Source: Felis catus (Eukaryota). From it: a stretch of 64,000 nucleotides of DNA. The notes under the pieces were generated by a model that was given only the letters and a program-made list of their open reading frames with translations, did no database searches and was not told where the DNA came from. The first letter of the stretch is position 1, and each line of letters opens with the position of its first letter. Below, piece by piece: positions 36,349-48,349 of the stretch. The translations under genes were made by a program, and so were the position numbers. The stretch is from positions 133,054,001-133,118,000 of the forward strand of contig NC_058368.1 in the NCBI RefSeq assembly GCF_018350175.1, given 5' to 3'.

Positions 36349-37624
36349 TGGAGGGTCCTTTTTTAAATACAAAAATTAGCGTGTCCTTCACACTGTTCTC
36401 CAATTTGTTTATTGCAGCTCACCTTCTTCCACAGGTGTGTGGAATTTTCTGAAAATCTTGGGCCAGAAGGGCGCCATTTCTGTGACCCCATGTTGATGTG
36501 GAGGTAGCCTGCCAGGGCTCTGCCCCACAAAGGGCTCCGGATGGGGAGCAGGGCGTGAAGGTTCCTCTGCTTCGGGAGGGCTGCATTCTGTCTGAGGTGT
36601 CTCCTGCCTCTGCATGTTGCCCCAGAGAGGGGTGTTTGGAATGTGCATGCTTCACTATCTGCTTCTCCTCCCTCTGTCCTTCTTCCCGTACCCATCTGTT
36701 GGGAAGGACAAACCTATCTCTTCTTCTTCCTGTTTAATAAGATCCATTCTGGACTCATCTCAAGTGCATTCTGCACTGTGAAAGAAACCTGATCTGAATT
36801 GGCTAGCTGGGATCCTAATAAAGAAGCAATGACTATTCGGCCTGGTAGCAATCCCTCTGGTTAGTTTGAACGTAAACAGATGGCATACATTGTGCTGGAC
36901 AGGCTAGAGGAAGAGGCTCTAGGCTGAGCTGCAAGAATTGACTCCAAGAACAGCCCTGCAGAATTAGCCCAAGGGTGCTGCTGCTTCAGCTGGGATATTC
37001 AGGAAACCTCTGCCTCAGGTGCAGGACCACTTGGCCTCAGCTAGCACCACTCCAGCAAAATGTGTCCCTGTGTTCTGCCACTGAGGATTTGTGTGTCTCC
37101 TGTGGTGTGTCTGTTTGATGGAACCCTGGTAACGGGGTGTGTGTGTGGGGGGGGCGGTGCTGAGATCTAAGGAGATCAGGAGAATGAGTCTTGCTTTCCA
37201 GCCTGTATGTTCAGCAAAGCAACTGGGGGGTAGAATGGTAATGCCTGAGACGATCTTCAGTATCTACGACAGAACAGCTGATGACTAGGTAAAAAAAAAA
37301 AGATGAAATTCTGTTGGCTTAATACTCCCCTATTACTGTTATCATCGGAATTCCATAGCTACTGTGTCCTTAATCCTCATGGGTTTAAACTTTTCTAAAA
37401 CTCTTACAATCTCTGATGCTTAAGGGATGTGTCCTTTCATTGTCCTCCACAGATGCTCATTGCTGACATCTGCAGGCCAGAGCTAGGTGCTAAGGGAAAA
37501 CTCAAAATGAAAACAGCGATGCCTGGGCCCCAGGGGATGTGCAGTCAAGTGGGACTCAGAGGGGCTACCTGCTAATAGTAACAGTCACTAGTGAGCAATC
37601 ACAATGTACAATTGAGTGGCTGTT

Positions 37625-37820
37625 GTGTACACATCATCTCATTGATGCCTCAGCACAGTCCTGCCAGATAAAGATTATTTGTCCCTTTGGATAGATGAGC
37701 ATTGTGAATTTCAAAGGGGTTGGGTAATTGATCCAGGTCACAGCTGACATGTGGGAGGACTGGAATTTGAACCCAGGACTGGTTTCAGTCAAAGTTGATG
37801 CACTTTTCACTGTATCCCAC
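37625..37820 (-). mobile_element. MIR relic
   Basis: gggtaattgatccaggtcacagct and ctggaatttgaacccagg. Confidence 0.65.
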
Positions 37821-37893
37821 AGCTTCCTGTACTTGCCTACTACTTGGAACACAAGGACACATTCAGTCTCATTGCATTTTTACAGATTTGAAC

Positions 37894-38109
37894 CAGGGTT
37901 AGCAAAGTATGGCCCATGGGTCAAATGCAATCTGTTAAACTTTTTTTTTTTTTGTAAATAGAATTTTTTGGAGCACAACTATGCCTATGTGTTTATTGTA
38001 TAAGTCTGCTTTTATGTTACAATAGCAGAGATGGGTAGTTAAGACAGAGTCCAAATAGCCTGAAAAGCATGAAATATTTACTATCTGGCCTTCTATAGAG
38101 TTTGCCCTG
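37894..38109. mobile_element. MER58A-like hAT-Charlie MITE
   Basis: Termini cagggttagcaaa and tttgccctg. 8-bp TSD atttgaac (37886-37893) and atttaaac (38110-38117). Internal aaaatatttactatctggcc-type motif. Confidence 0.85.
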
Positions 38110-38154
38110 ATTTAAACAATTCCAAGAAGACTCCTGTTTATCCTTCATCTTTAT

Positions 38155-38346
38155 CTTTTTTAAACTGTATTTATTTATTTTTGGAGACAGAGACAGAGAG
38201 CGAGCGAGCAAGTGGGGGAGAGACAGAGAGAAAGGCGGACAGAGGATCTGAAGCAGGGTCCATGCTGTCAGCACAGAGCCCGATGTGGGGCTTGAACCCA
38301 CACACCATGAGATCATGCTTGACCAACTGAGCCACCCAGGCGCCCC
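38155..38346 (-). mobile_element. CanSINE (internal deletion)
   Basis: TSD tatcctt(c)atcttta. Confidence 0.92.
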
Positions 38347-38554
38347 TATCCTTATCTTTAAAATAAGGGCACAGCAGACTCCTCATTTGCGGACTTAACA
38401 TTTGTTTGTGTCTATTTGTGAGCTCGCCCAGGCATGCCTTATGTGAGACTGGGAAGTTTATTAGTGATAACTAAGTGTTCAAGCCCCAGTTCTGCCCCTA
38501 ACTTGCTCTATGGCCTTTGAGAAACTACTTTATCTGCCTAAATCTGTTTGTTCT

Positions 38555-40190
38555 CGTTTATCCATTCACAGGTTCACAAATATTTATTGAGTACCTACTA
38601 TGTGCCACTGACCTATGTGTTGAAGACCTAGCAGAAGGAAACAAAGCTCTGCCTTGCTGGAGTTGGCATTCCACCAGGTGGAGGCAGACACTAAGGAAAG
38701 AAGGAAAGTTTATAGCATGAAGATGACAATAAGTATCATGAAGGAAAACAGCAAGAGAGGGGACAGGGCGGGGAGAGAGGGTATAGAAGGGCCGCAGTTT
38801 TAAATTGGGTGGTCAGGGAAGCCCTCGATGAGAAGGTGATCTGATTAAAGATCAGAGGAGCAAGGAAAGGAAGTCACCAATGAGGAAACATTCCCGGCTG
38901 AGGTGAGAGAAAGAGCAAGAGCCCAAGGTAGAAGTGGGTCTGTATATTGGAGAGGTAGCAAGGAGGCCAGAGCCAGTGGAGCAGAATAGACAAATGGGTG
39001 CACCATGGAAGGAGGTCCAAGACGTGTGGGCTACCCTCACCTCTCACGTCTTTGAAGTTACTGTGAGGGCTTTGGCTTTTACTTTTAATGTGACAGGAAT
39101 CCAGGGATGTCTGGGCGACTAGTCAGTTGAGCGTCCAACTGCAGCTCAGGCCATGATCTCATGGTTTGTGAGTTTGAGCCCTGCATCTGTGCCGACAGCT
39201 CAGAGCCTGGAGCCTGCTTCGGATTTTGTCTCTGTCTCTCTTTGCCCCTCCCCAGCTCATGCTCTGTCTCTCTCTAAAAAATAAATAAAACATTAATGTG
39301 ACAGGATGCCAGTGGAGAGCTTTTGAGGAGAGAAGGCCATAACCTGTTGTATGCCTTAAATGGTCTACTTGGTATCACTGTGCTGAGAAGACATTGGAGG
39401 CAAGAAGGGTCACCAAGAGCAAAACAGTGGGACCACTTGAGTGAGAGAAGATGGGGGTGCCCATCACAGCAGTCGTGGTGAGGTGGTGAGATTTGGGTGG
39501 ATTCTGGAAATATTTTAAGGTAGATCCACCAGGATTTCTTAACAGACTGGATGTGGGGTTTGAGAAAGATTCAAGTTTTCGGTCCACACACCAGGAAGTG
39601 TGGGGCTGCCAAGTTTGAGAAGACCATTAGATAAGTGGGGATATTGAAGAGGCAGTTGGATATATGAATGAAATCCTTGAAATCTATGTTGTGGAGGACA
39701 TGCTGTTAATGGAAATGATGAGGTCCAGGGTGTGACCACAGGAGTGAGTGGCTTAGGTCAGGTGGAGGACAAGAGCTTTAGGATGTGAAAAGGCAGCATA
39801 TTGGCAAGACTGTCCATGAGGATATTGAAAGCACTGTTGGAGAAATTAACAGTGAGCCAAGATCGAAAATCGTACAGGAATGAGAGGTGATGTTGGGTCT
39901 CAGTAGATGACTATAACCAGGAGGGATAGTGGGTGGGAATGGTGTGATGCCATAAAATCAAAGCCGGGGATGGAGGGTGTCGAAAGAAGAAAGGTCTAGA
40001 AGTGGCAGTGAGGAGCGGATGACAGTTACTGCATCTCCACTCCAGTGTTTTAAGGGGTGTGAGGGAGAAAACAGCCACCACTTGAAAGGGCTGCAGGAGA
40101 AACAATATTCTCAGGTTTTAGTCAGAGCAAGAGATGAAGGAAATGGCCCCAGAGGAAGCTGAGAACAGTAGAGATTTCCCTGAGGACTCT
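38555..40190 (-). mobile_element. L2 relic (with a CanSINE inside)
   Basis: L2 3' end cattcacaggttcacaaatatttattgagtacctactatgtgcca, plus ggtggtcagggaagccctc and gattctggaaatattttaaggtaga. Confidence 0.75.
39104..39294 (+). mobile_element. CanSINE inside L2
   Basis: TSD aatgtgacagga. Confidence 0.93.
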
Positions 40191-40864
40191 AATGTGACCC
40201 AGCAGGTGCAGTAGAGATTTCGGAGGCTTGGGCTCAGTGATGGTGGGAGAGAGGATCCAAAAGGTGAATTCCAGATGCTCCGGGGCCCTGGCCTTCCTGC
40301 TACGTGCAGTGGCTGCTGCAGCAGGAGAAAGAACCTGTGGTCACAGGCAAAGGGTGGTGGCCAGGTGTGAGTAGCTGGGGGAAATGGCCGGGTGGGGGGG
40401 CGTGCCTGCTGCTGGAGCCTGCCGAGTCCTGGGACTCCTTCTTGGCTCCTGCTAACCAAGGTGCCATGGCTGAGGGAATAGGTCTTTCTTGGGGGTATAG
40501 AGTGCTTTCCTGTCTCCCACCATCAGAGGCAGGGAGGTCACAGCCAGAAACAGAAGAAATTCAGTCTAGTTTAGGAAAAAGGGAGTTTGCTGGCAGATTG
40601 CTCGTGAGCTCCAAGGTGGCCTGGACCTCTGCAGCGGGAGCTCACGGCTCCTCTTTTGGGTCTGCCGCTAAGACTCTGCAACCAAATTTGAGTCTCCCTT
40701 GCTCTCAGGTCAAATTTGGGATTTTGATTGGCTTAACTGACCGAATCAGGGGGTATAAGCGTGTTTCCAGGGGAGCCACTTCACTGGACTGTGGGGCAAA
40801 GATGGGGGCATTCAAAGAGATGAGAAAATGAGTATGAGCAGTAGAGACTCTTGCTGAAGTGTCT

Positions 40865-41020
40865 CATTCATTAAACTTAAAATTCTCATCTATCAAGTGT
40901 GGGATGCTGATAGTATTTGTCTCGTTCAGTTGATGTGAAGATTAAATGAGCTGATGTATAGACAACATTCAGCACAGTGCCCAGTACCCAGTTGGCACTC
41001 CACACATGGTTGCTGTCATT
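40865..41020 (+). mobile_element. MIR relic
   Basis: gtgaagattaaatgagctgatgtata and cagcacagtgcccagtacccagt. Confidence 0.65.
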
Positions 41021-42583
41021 TCTAGCATCATGGCGTCTAATGATTTGTCATTGTACTGAGGGACCAATTTGACTTGTTCCTACTGTAAGTGAATCATTCA
41101 GGTGTAGAAATCTGGGGAGAAGGCATGTGTGTGCTGGGCAGGATGGTCACCCTGGGGTCTGGCTAGGTCCCCAGCAGGACTCCCAGCAATGGACATTGAC
41201 ATTTCAATGTGGCTTTGTTGTTCTTTACGTGAGTCTGAAAGAACATTGTGTTTCTCATTGTATTTTATTGCTTTTTATTGAGGAATCATATCCTATAGAG
41301 ACTTGCTTGAATGTGGGGACCCCTGATGGTCTGGGGACTCATTCCCAGCTAATGCCAAGGGTCTCTGTGGGTCTCCTCTTGGTGCCGACTGCTACTGGCT
41401 GCCATGGCAGCCCCTTCATCTCCCTGACCTTCACAGCTGACCTCCACTAGCTTGCTTTTGTTTGGTTTCTCACTCAGTTTCTATTAGGACAGATCTTGAA
41501 TGTGAGCAGCCATGCATTCACCCTTTGGATAAGAATTTTAGTTCTTTTATTTAGTTATTTAGGATTTATTGGCTTATATATCTATCTGAGCGCTTTTGGA
41601 TGAATGTGGGCACAATGCATAGGTGTGCCCTCTATTGTGTGCTTTAAAGAGATCATAAATGTATTGATGGAAGCTGTGTGATAAGAAAAATGTGGTGTGT
41701 GCTGGAATAATTTTGGTTCCTACTGAGAAATCCTGAGGATGCTTAAGTGCACTGAGTCTGTAATGTATTATTGGAAAGGAGACTATTATAATTCAGATCA
41801 CAGTGATTTGCAGCTACTGCAAGGTCACTGAGACCCATTCTGTGATCTCCTCTCAGATGTCTCAGGTAGCAGAGAATGCTAAGCTGTGGATATCAAATAC
41901 TGATTTTTCTGATTTCTTGCTTTATTGCTGTGGATTTTGCTGTAAAACATGGGCACAATTTTGGGGAAATAAACTGCTGTGGAATTGAGGAGCAAAAGTC
42001 CCAAGGCATTTTTGACATGAGTCATAAATAATGCACAGTTGTAACTCGGGGAATATATGATAATAAAAATTCTCTGGGTATATTACTGATGACATTATTT
42101 GATCAGTTTCTTCCAATGTATCCTATCAGATGTCTGAAAAAAGTAGATAAGTGACCATAGACAGGTGTTTTAAAATAGATGATTTAAAAAACATTGGAGT
42201 GTTTATGCATACCCTCTAGTGACACACAAAATTTCTGAAGCCAAGTGACTCTCCCTCATTATTATGAATGACAAATGATGAGCTTCACATAAAATTTCTT
42301 ATCAGGACTCGTATTCGATTACAGCTGTTTTTGAATGGGGCATGAAATATACTGGTCGGTCCTCTTTAGAATATCATAGTGTTTTGTCACTTTACTGTCT
42401 CCTGTTTTGAAGGATTTCACGACAAAGCACATACTTTATTACTTTATGTGGATTTTAAAGATACATGGTGAAACCCTGCATTATTATTATAAAAGGAAGT
42501 CAGTTGATTCAATTTGATTCTTGGAACAGGAAAATTTTTAAAGTTATCTTAAGTTATCAACTAAGTTGCAAAGAACCATCTTC

Positions 42584-42804
42584 AAAAAAAATTTTTTTTT
42601 TTGTTTATTTTTGGCAGAGAGAGAGAGAGTGAGCAAGCACGAGCAGGGGAGGGGCAGAGAGAGAGCGAGACACAGAATCCGAAGCAGGCTCCAGGCTCCG
42701 AGTTGTCAGCACAGAGCCTGACGCAGGGCTCGAACTCACGGACTGTGAGATCGTGGCCTGAGCCGAAGTCGGACGCTCAACCGACTGAGCCACCCGGGCG
42801 CCCC
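42584..42804 (-). mobile_element. CanSINE
   Basis: TSD caaag[a/g]acca[t/g]ctt. Confidence 0.95.
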
Positions 42805-43553
42805 AACAAAGGACCAGCTTTTTATTGATAGAGCAATCCATTAGTGTAAACATAATATACACACTGAATTTTGTATAGGGGAAAAGATTTTGATTGTCAC
42901 AGACCATAAAATGTGGTGCCCAGAGTCACCAATTAACTTAATGCTACACTGAAAAATAAATTGTGAACCTGCTTTATTCCCTCTTCCATGGCTCTGTGTT
43001 AGATCCCGTTTCTCACCCATGTTGGGTCATGGTGATTTGAACAGCTCCTGGGCCACAGTGGGGTGACTTACCAAGCAGTTCTCCCCCAAGGCATCAAGAG
43101 AGAATGGAGAGTGTTTATAAATGTGTATTTGGGGCAAGATCCAGCCCTGGAATCAGGATGCCCCTAAACAAGTGAGCCAGGCCAATTTTGCTATTACTTA
43201 TCAAAGCTGCTGCCAGTGGCCAGACCGAGATTACAATAACCCTGGGCATTGAGCAACCATTTGGCCCCAAGCAGAGATCCCAGTACACCCCCCAAGAAGA
43301 GAATGTGGACTAACTTGACATCTAACTCTGAGCTCCTGCCCCAAGAAGACAGTTGCTGTTTGTGTGAGGCTAGGTATCCCTTTCCCATAGCAAGGTATTT
43401 TAATCCCCATGGATTAGTTGGTATCTACATGGAGAGCTTCAAGGCAATTGCTTTCATTTTTTCCAGTTGACTCTTTCATCTCTATGCCTTTACACAGACT
43501 CTTCCATCTGCCTGGAACACCGGTCTCACCAGCCCTTCTCCTGGCTAATTTCT

Positions 43554-43776
43554 TTTTTTTTTTTTTTTTTTTTTAACATTTATTTATTTTTGGGACAGAG
43601 AGAGACAGAGCATGAACGGGGGAGGGGCAGAGAGAGAGGGAGACACAGAATCGGAAACAGGCTACAGGCTCTGAGCCATCAGCCCAGAGCCCGACGCGGG
43701 GCTCGAACCCACGGACCGCGAGATCGTGACCTGGCTGAAGTCGGACGCTTAACCGACTGTGCCACCCAGGCGCCCC
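43554..43776 (-). mobile_element. Young CanSINE
   Basis: Intact CpGs and a pure T tail. The TSD is imperfect. Confidence 0.95.
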
Positions 43777-44354
43777 AGTGGCTTATGTCTATTTGTCATT
43801 CAGAGCTTGGGTTAGAGGCCTCTTCCCTAGGATCCCCGACCTGGCTTAGATGCATGGCTAGCCCTCTGTACTTCTTCTAGTGAAGCCCTTCCCACTCCAC
43901 ATTGGAATTTTGGTTTGAATCACTATGTCCAACGCTAGGCTATACATTTTTTCTTGGTACTTTAAAAAATTGTTTCTGTTTTCTATTTAAATCTTTAATT
44001 TATGTTGATTTCCTCTGGTGTAAAGTATGAAGTAGAGATCTAGCTTAAGGAAGAATCCTTCCCTTAATCCTTTCCTTACCTACATCAAGAGGATCACTAC
44101 ATACTCATTCAGTACTTATTCAGGGACCACAATGTATCAGCCACAGTAGTTGATGCTGGGGAGAAGTGCATGATATGGCTCCTGACCTCAAGAAGCTCAC
44201 ATTCAGTGCGAAAAGACCTAACTGCAAGCAATCATTACACCACATGAAAGTGCCATTTTTGTAGGTCAAGAATGATCAAATATTGAGTTTTTCATATAGT
44301 TGAAACCATTACAAAATAAACACACTGTCTTACCTTGACTTTTTCTGAACATGG

Positions 44355-44960
44355 AGCCCCAAGATAGATACGTGTGGTTTATTTGGAAATGATTCAAGGG
44401 GGCATACTAAGGGGGGGACCAGGGGAGTGAAATGGGAAAGGAGACAAAGCCGGTACACAAGGATGTTTTTGGAGTTGGCCACTGCTGCAGCTGCTGGTGC
44501 TCAGTCCACTGGAACTTCTTTTTTTTTTTTTAACTTTTTTTTTTAAATGTTTATTCATTTTTGAGAGAGAGAGAAAGAGCCAGAGCATGAGTGGGGGAGG
44601 GGCAGAGAGAAAGAGAGAGAGAGGGAGACACAGAATCTGAAGCAGGCTCCAAGCTCTGAGCCGTCAGCACAGAGCCTAATGTGGGGCTCGAACCCACAAA
44701 CTGAGATCGTGACCTGAGCTGAAGTCAGATGCCCGACCGACTGAGCCACCCAGGCACCCTAGTCCACTGGAACTTCTAAGGGACTTGATGAAATGTGAGT
44801 CCGAAAAGCCTGCACAGATGATGAGAAGGGAGTATCCACGAGAAGGGAGTAGCCCTGAAGTGTTTGCCTCCCTGAGTTTCTTCCATTTGGCCCATGTGTA
44901 TATCTAGTGGGTTTCTGTGGGTGTTCCATTCTTGGCTTCAGAGAAGGCCCGGGCCAGGCA
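44355..44960 (-). mobile_element. LTR16-like ancient ERVL LTR interrupted by a CanSINE
   Basis: gtggtttatttggaaatgattc and ggggagtgaaatgggaaaggagacaaagcc resemble the recalled consensus. Confidence 0.5.
44520..44760 (-). mobile_element. CanSINE
   Basis: Perfect TSD agtccactggaacttct at 44503-44519 and 44761-44777. Confidence 0.96.
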
Positions 44961-45316
44961 GTGAGAAGCCAGGCAGTTTGTTGTTTCTACTACAAACAAC
45001 AGTAGTGGTATATCTAAAGAGGAGTGGTGAATTCTGTGGAGGTTTGGCTGGGAGGGAGAAGGGCATAGCGACTAGAGACACAGAAGAGGGGAGGGTTGAG
45101 CTGAGCCTCCAGGACTCCTGGGTGCCCCCCCAGGTTGAAGGGGGCTGGTATTGGGCATTCCAGGTAGAGGGAGCCATGTGGGCATAAGCTCAGAGCACAA
45201 AACATGCTACATTTGGAGAATGTGAAGCAGATATGGCTGGATTACAAAGCTTGGGGGTGTCAGGGGGGATGTGGCTGGAGAGACAGGCAGGGGTTAGATC
45301 AAGAAGCTGACTGGGA

Positions 45317-45988
45317 ATTGTATTCCTTTTCTTGGGTGACCATAACAAAATGGTAGAAACAGGAGAACTTGAACAAGAGAAACATATTTTCTCTGGGTTC
45401 TGGAGGCCACAAGTTCAAGATCGAGGTGTTGACAGGCTCAGTTCCTTCTGAGGCATGTGAGGGAGCATCTGCTCTGGGCCTCTCCCCTACCTTCCAGTGA
45501 TTTGCTGTCAGTCTCTGGCATTCTTCAGTCATAGAATTATCACCCCCATCTTTGCCTCTGTCTTCACATGCCTATCTTCAAATGTCCTTTTTTTAACAAA
45601 GATACCGGTCATACTGAATTAGCACCTACCTTAATTATTTCATTAAAAAAATGTTCTTTTTTAATGTTTTTATTTATTGTGAGAGAGAGTGTGACACAGC
45701 GTGAGTGGGGAGAAGCAGACAGAGAGGGAGATGCAGAATCTGAAACAGGCTCCAGGTTCTAAGCTGTCAGCACAGAGCCGGATGCAGGGCTAGAACTCAA
45801 AAACTGTGAGATCATGACCTGAGCCAAAGTCAAATGCTGAACTGGTTTAGTCCCCCAGGTGCCCCTAGTGATCTCATTTTAACTTGATTATCTCTCTAGA
45901 GATCCTATCCCAGAAATGAGGTTATGTTTTGAGGTACTGTTAACATTTCAACATATGAATTTGGGAGAGGGGCAGAAATCAATCCATA
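45317..45988 (-). mobile_element. MaLR solo LTR (MLT1C-like) interrupted by a CanSINE
   Basis: ttctggaggccacaagttcaagatcgaggtgttgacagg and tttcaacatatgaatttggg. Confidence 0.8.
45653..45865 (-). mobile_element. CanSINE inside an MLT1 LTR
   Basis: Full head, CT tract and tail. Confidence 0.93.
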
Positions 45989-46347
45989 ATAGGAGGGAAA
46001 TAAGAAAATGTGTTGGGAATCAGAAGTTGAACTGAGTAGCCTCTCCTGAGCTCTGCTAAGATATTGCATCCCATCTCCCCACACGTTGCTCTGGGCCCCA
46101 AGGGCTAAGTGCCACTTCCTATGCTTGGACTGTTTGCCTCCCCAAACTGCTGAGTTCAGCATCGGACAGCATTTACATGGGGCTGGATATTTGAACAAAG
46201 GGCTTACAAAATGTCTTTAAACATCTGAATTCGCAACATCTTTCCCAGGCTAGATCACTTTGGTTCAAATTTCATCCCTTGGAGTTGTCATAACCCTCTT
46301 ATTAGAATTTGTGTCTATGTCTGTGTTGTTAAAGAAGGCTGGTGTTA

Positions 46348-46563
46348 GCAGGCCCAGGTGGCTTAGTCAGCTAAGTATCAGACTCTTGGTTTTGACTCAG
46401 GTCACGATCTCAGTAGTTTATGAGATTGAGCCCTGTGTAGGGCTCCGTGCTGACAATGCGGAGCCCGTTTGGGATTCTCTGTCTCCCTCTCTCTCTGCCT
46501 CTTCACCACTTGTGCTGTCTCTGTCTCTTGCAAAATAAATACATAAACTTAAGAGAGAACAAA
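46348..46563 (+). mobile_element. CanSINE
   Basis: TSD aaagaaggctggtgtta. Confidence 0.93.
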
Positions 46564-46819
46564 AAAGAAGGCTGGTGTTAATGAGCTTGGACTTGATTGG
46601 GTAGGAACTGAGGAGATATCGAAGAGTTTTCAGGCAAGAATGGCCTGACAAAATTAGTGTTTTTACAGGATCATCCTGGAAAAAAAAAATAAAAGATCAT
46701 TCTAAAAGCAGGATGAAGAAGGAATTTGAAGAAATCAAAACTGGAGGCAGGGCCCAGGATTATGACTCAGACTATCATTCAGGTGAGGAACAATCAGAGT
46801 GTAAATAAACTAAGTCATG

Positions 46820-46990
46820 GGTGCATGGTAGGTGCCCCCCGGAATTTTCAAAATACCCATGTTCGAACCCCACCTCAGACCAACTAAACCACAGTCTTTG
46901 GAAGTAGGACCCAGACACTGGCCCAGTTTTATAAATACTCTCTAGGTGATTCCAGTTGTGATGTCAAGGCTGTCTGTGAACCAGTGCCCT
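46820..46990. mobile_element. MER5-like hAT MITE relic
   Basis: ccccacctcagaccaactaaaccacagtct and ctctctaggtgattcc. Confidence 0.55.
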
Positions 46991-47189
46991 TAGGCAAGGC
47001 AATGGCGAAGGTTAATAGCAGATGGAGTTAAGAGATCCTAAAGAAGTAGAACCACAGGTTTTGGCAACCAGTTCAGTGAAAGACTGATGGGCAGGACAAA
47101 TATGGAGGGTGAGTCTGATGTTCTTGCTTAATTGAGCACTACTATGGCTACTAGATATACATTATCAATTTCTAAAGAATTAGAATATT

Positions 47190-47390
47190 CTTTTTAAGCT
47201 TATTTATTTATTTTGAGAGAGAGAGTTAGCAGAGGGAGGGGCAGAGAGAGGGAGAGAGAGGATCCCAAGCAGGCTCTGCACTGTCAGCATGAGCCCGACA
47301 CGGGGCTTGATTGCACAAACTGTGAGATCCTGACCCGAGCCGATATCAAGAGTTGGACGCTTAACCAACTAAAACCACCCCCAGCGCCCC
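47190..47390 (-). mobile_element. CanSINE
   Basis: TSD aagaattagaat. Confidence 0.93.
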
Positions 47391-47446
47391 AAGAATTAGA
47401 ATGTTTTGAGGTACACTAACACCAAAATTATATTAAATGTGATTAT

Positions 47447-47700
47447 GGGATGCCTGGGTGGCTCAGTCGGTTGAGTGTTCCACTTTGGCTTAGGTCATGA
47501 TCTCATGTTTCGTGAATTTGAGCCCTGTGTTGGGCTCTGTGCTGACATCTTGGAGCCTGGAGCCTGCTTCAGATTCTGTGTCTCCCTCTCTCTCTGCCCC
47601 TCCCCCTTTCACACTCTGTCTCTGTGTCTCTTGCCCAAGATTGAATACACATTAAAAACAAAACATTGAAAACCCCCACAAAACAAACAAAAACAAAAGA
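47447..47700 (+). mobile_element. CanSINE
   Basis: TSD aaat[g/a]tgatt. Head-to-head with the previous copy. Confidence 0.93.
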
Positions 47701-48039
47701 CAAATATGATTTAATTTTTGATTCAGAAGGCATTGGGGATTTTCCATAATCTATATGGGATTGTTATGTGTGTAACTGAGTTTCTCTTCAACACTACACT
47801 AGATGTCCATGTAGAAGAAGGATTGGAGCACAGACTACTGCCATCACCATTTTCCTGTGGTGCCTTTCACTTGCCTTACTGTCCCGCTCAGAAACCTTTA
47901 GTGACCCACCAGTGTTTACATAATAAATTCCACATTCCTTCCCTGGAATTCAAAACCCAGTGCTTCCACCCATCCCTTAAGTAAACCCATTGCTCAAACT
48001 GTTTTCTGTAGGTTTTAGAATATTTTACTATAAATTAGT

Positions 48040-48270
48040 ACCAGTATTGGGTGTGTGATATGCAACAGGCACTGTTTGAGGGATTTAAATCTATATTCTT
48101 CCTAGTTCTCCTAACAACACTGTATGGTTGGTTGGCATTATCAACTCTCTTAATGTGAGGAAACTTAGGCTCAGCAATGTTATGCAGCACCCCCTAAGTT
48201 CAGCCGGTTAGTAAATAGCAGAACTGGATTTGAACCGATGACTGTAGCTCATATTATTACTGCCCCACCA
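48040..48270 (-). mobile_element. MIR relic
   Basis: gaggaaacttaggctcag and gtaaatagcagaactggatttgaacc. Confidence 0.65.
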
Positions 48271-48349
48271 CACCGTCCTCTTCACTGTGAGTGTTCCAGC
48301 CTCTGCCATTTTGCACATGCTGTTATTTCTTTGTGATGTGGCCTTCCTC

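Noticed and set aside
40304..40831. 175-aa plus-strand ORF in GC-richer DNA
   Set aside because: It has a non-ATG start, no recognisable family, and no convincing exon boundaries.
42087..42137. UGAUGA...CUGA pair resembling a C/D-box snoRNA
   Set aside because: It spans only ~50 nt, has no terminal stem, and has no recognisable guide sequence.
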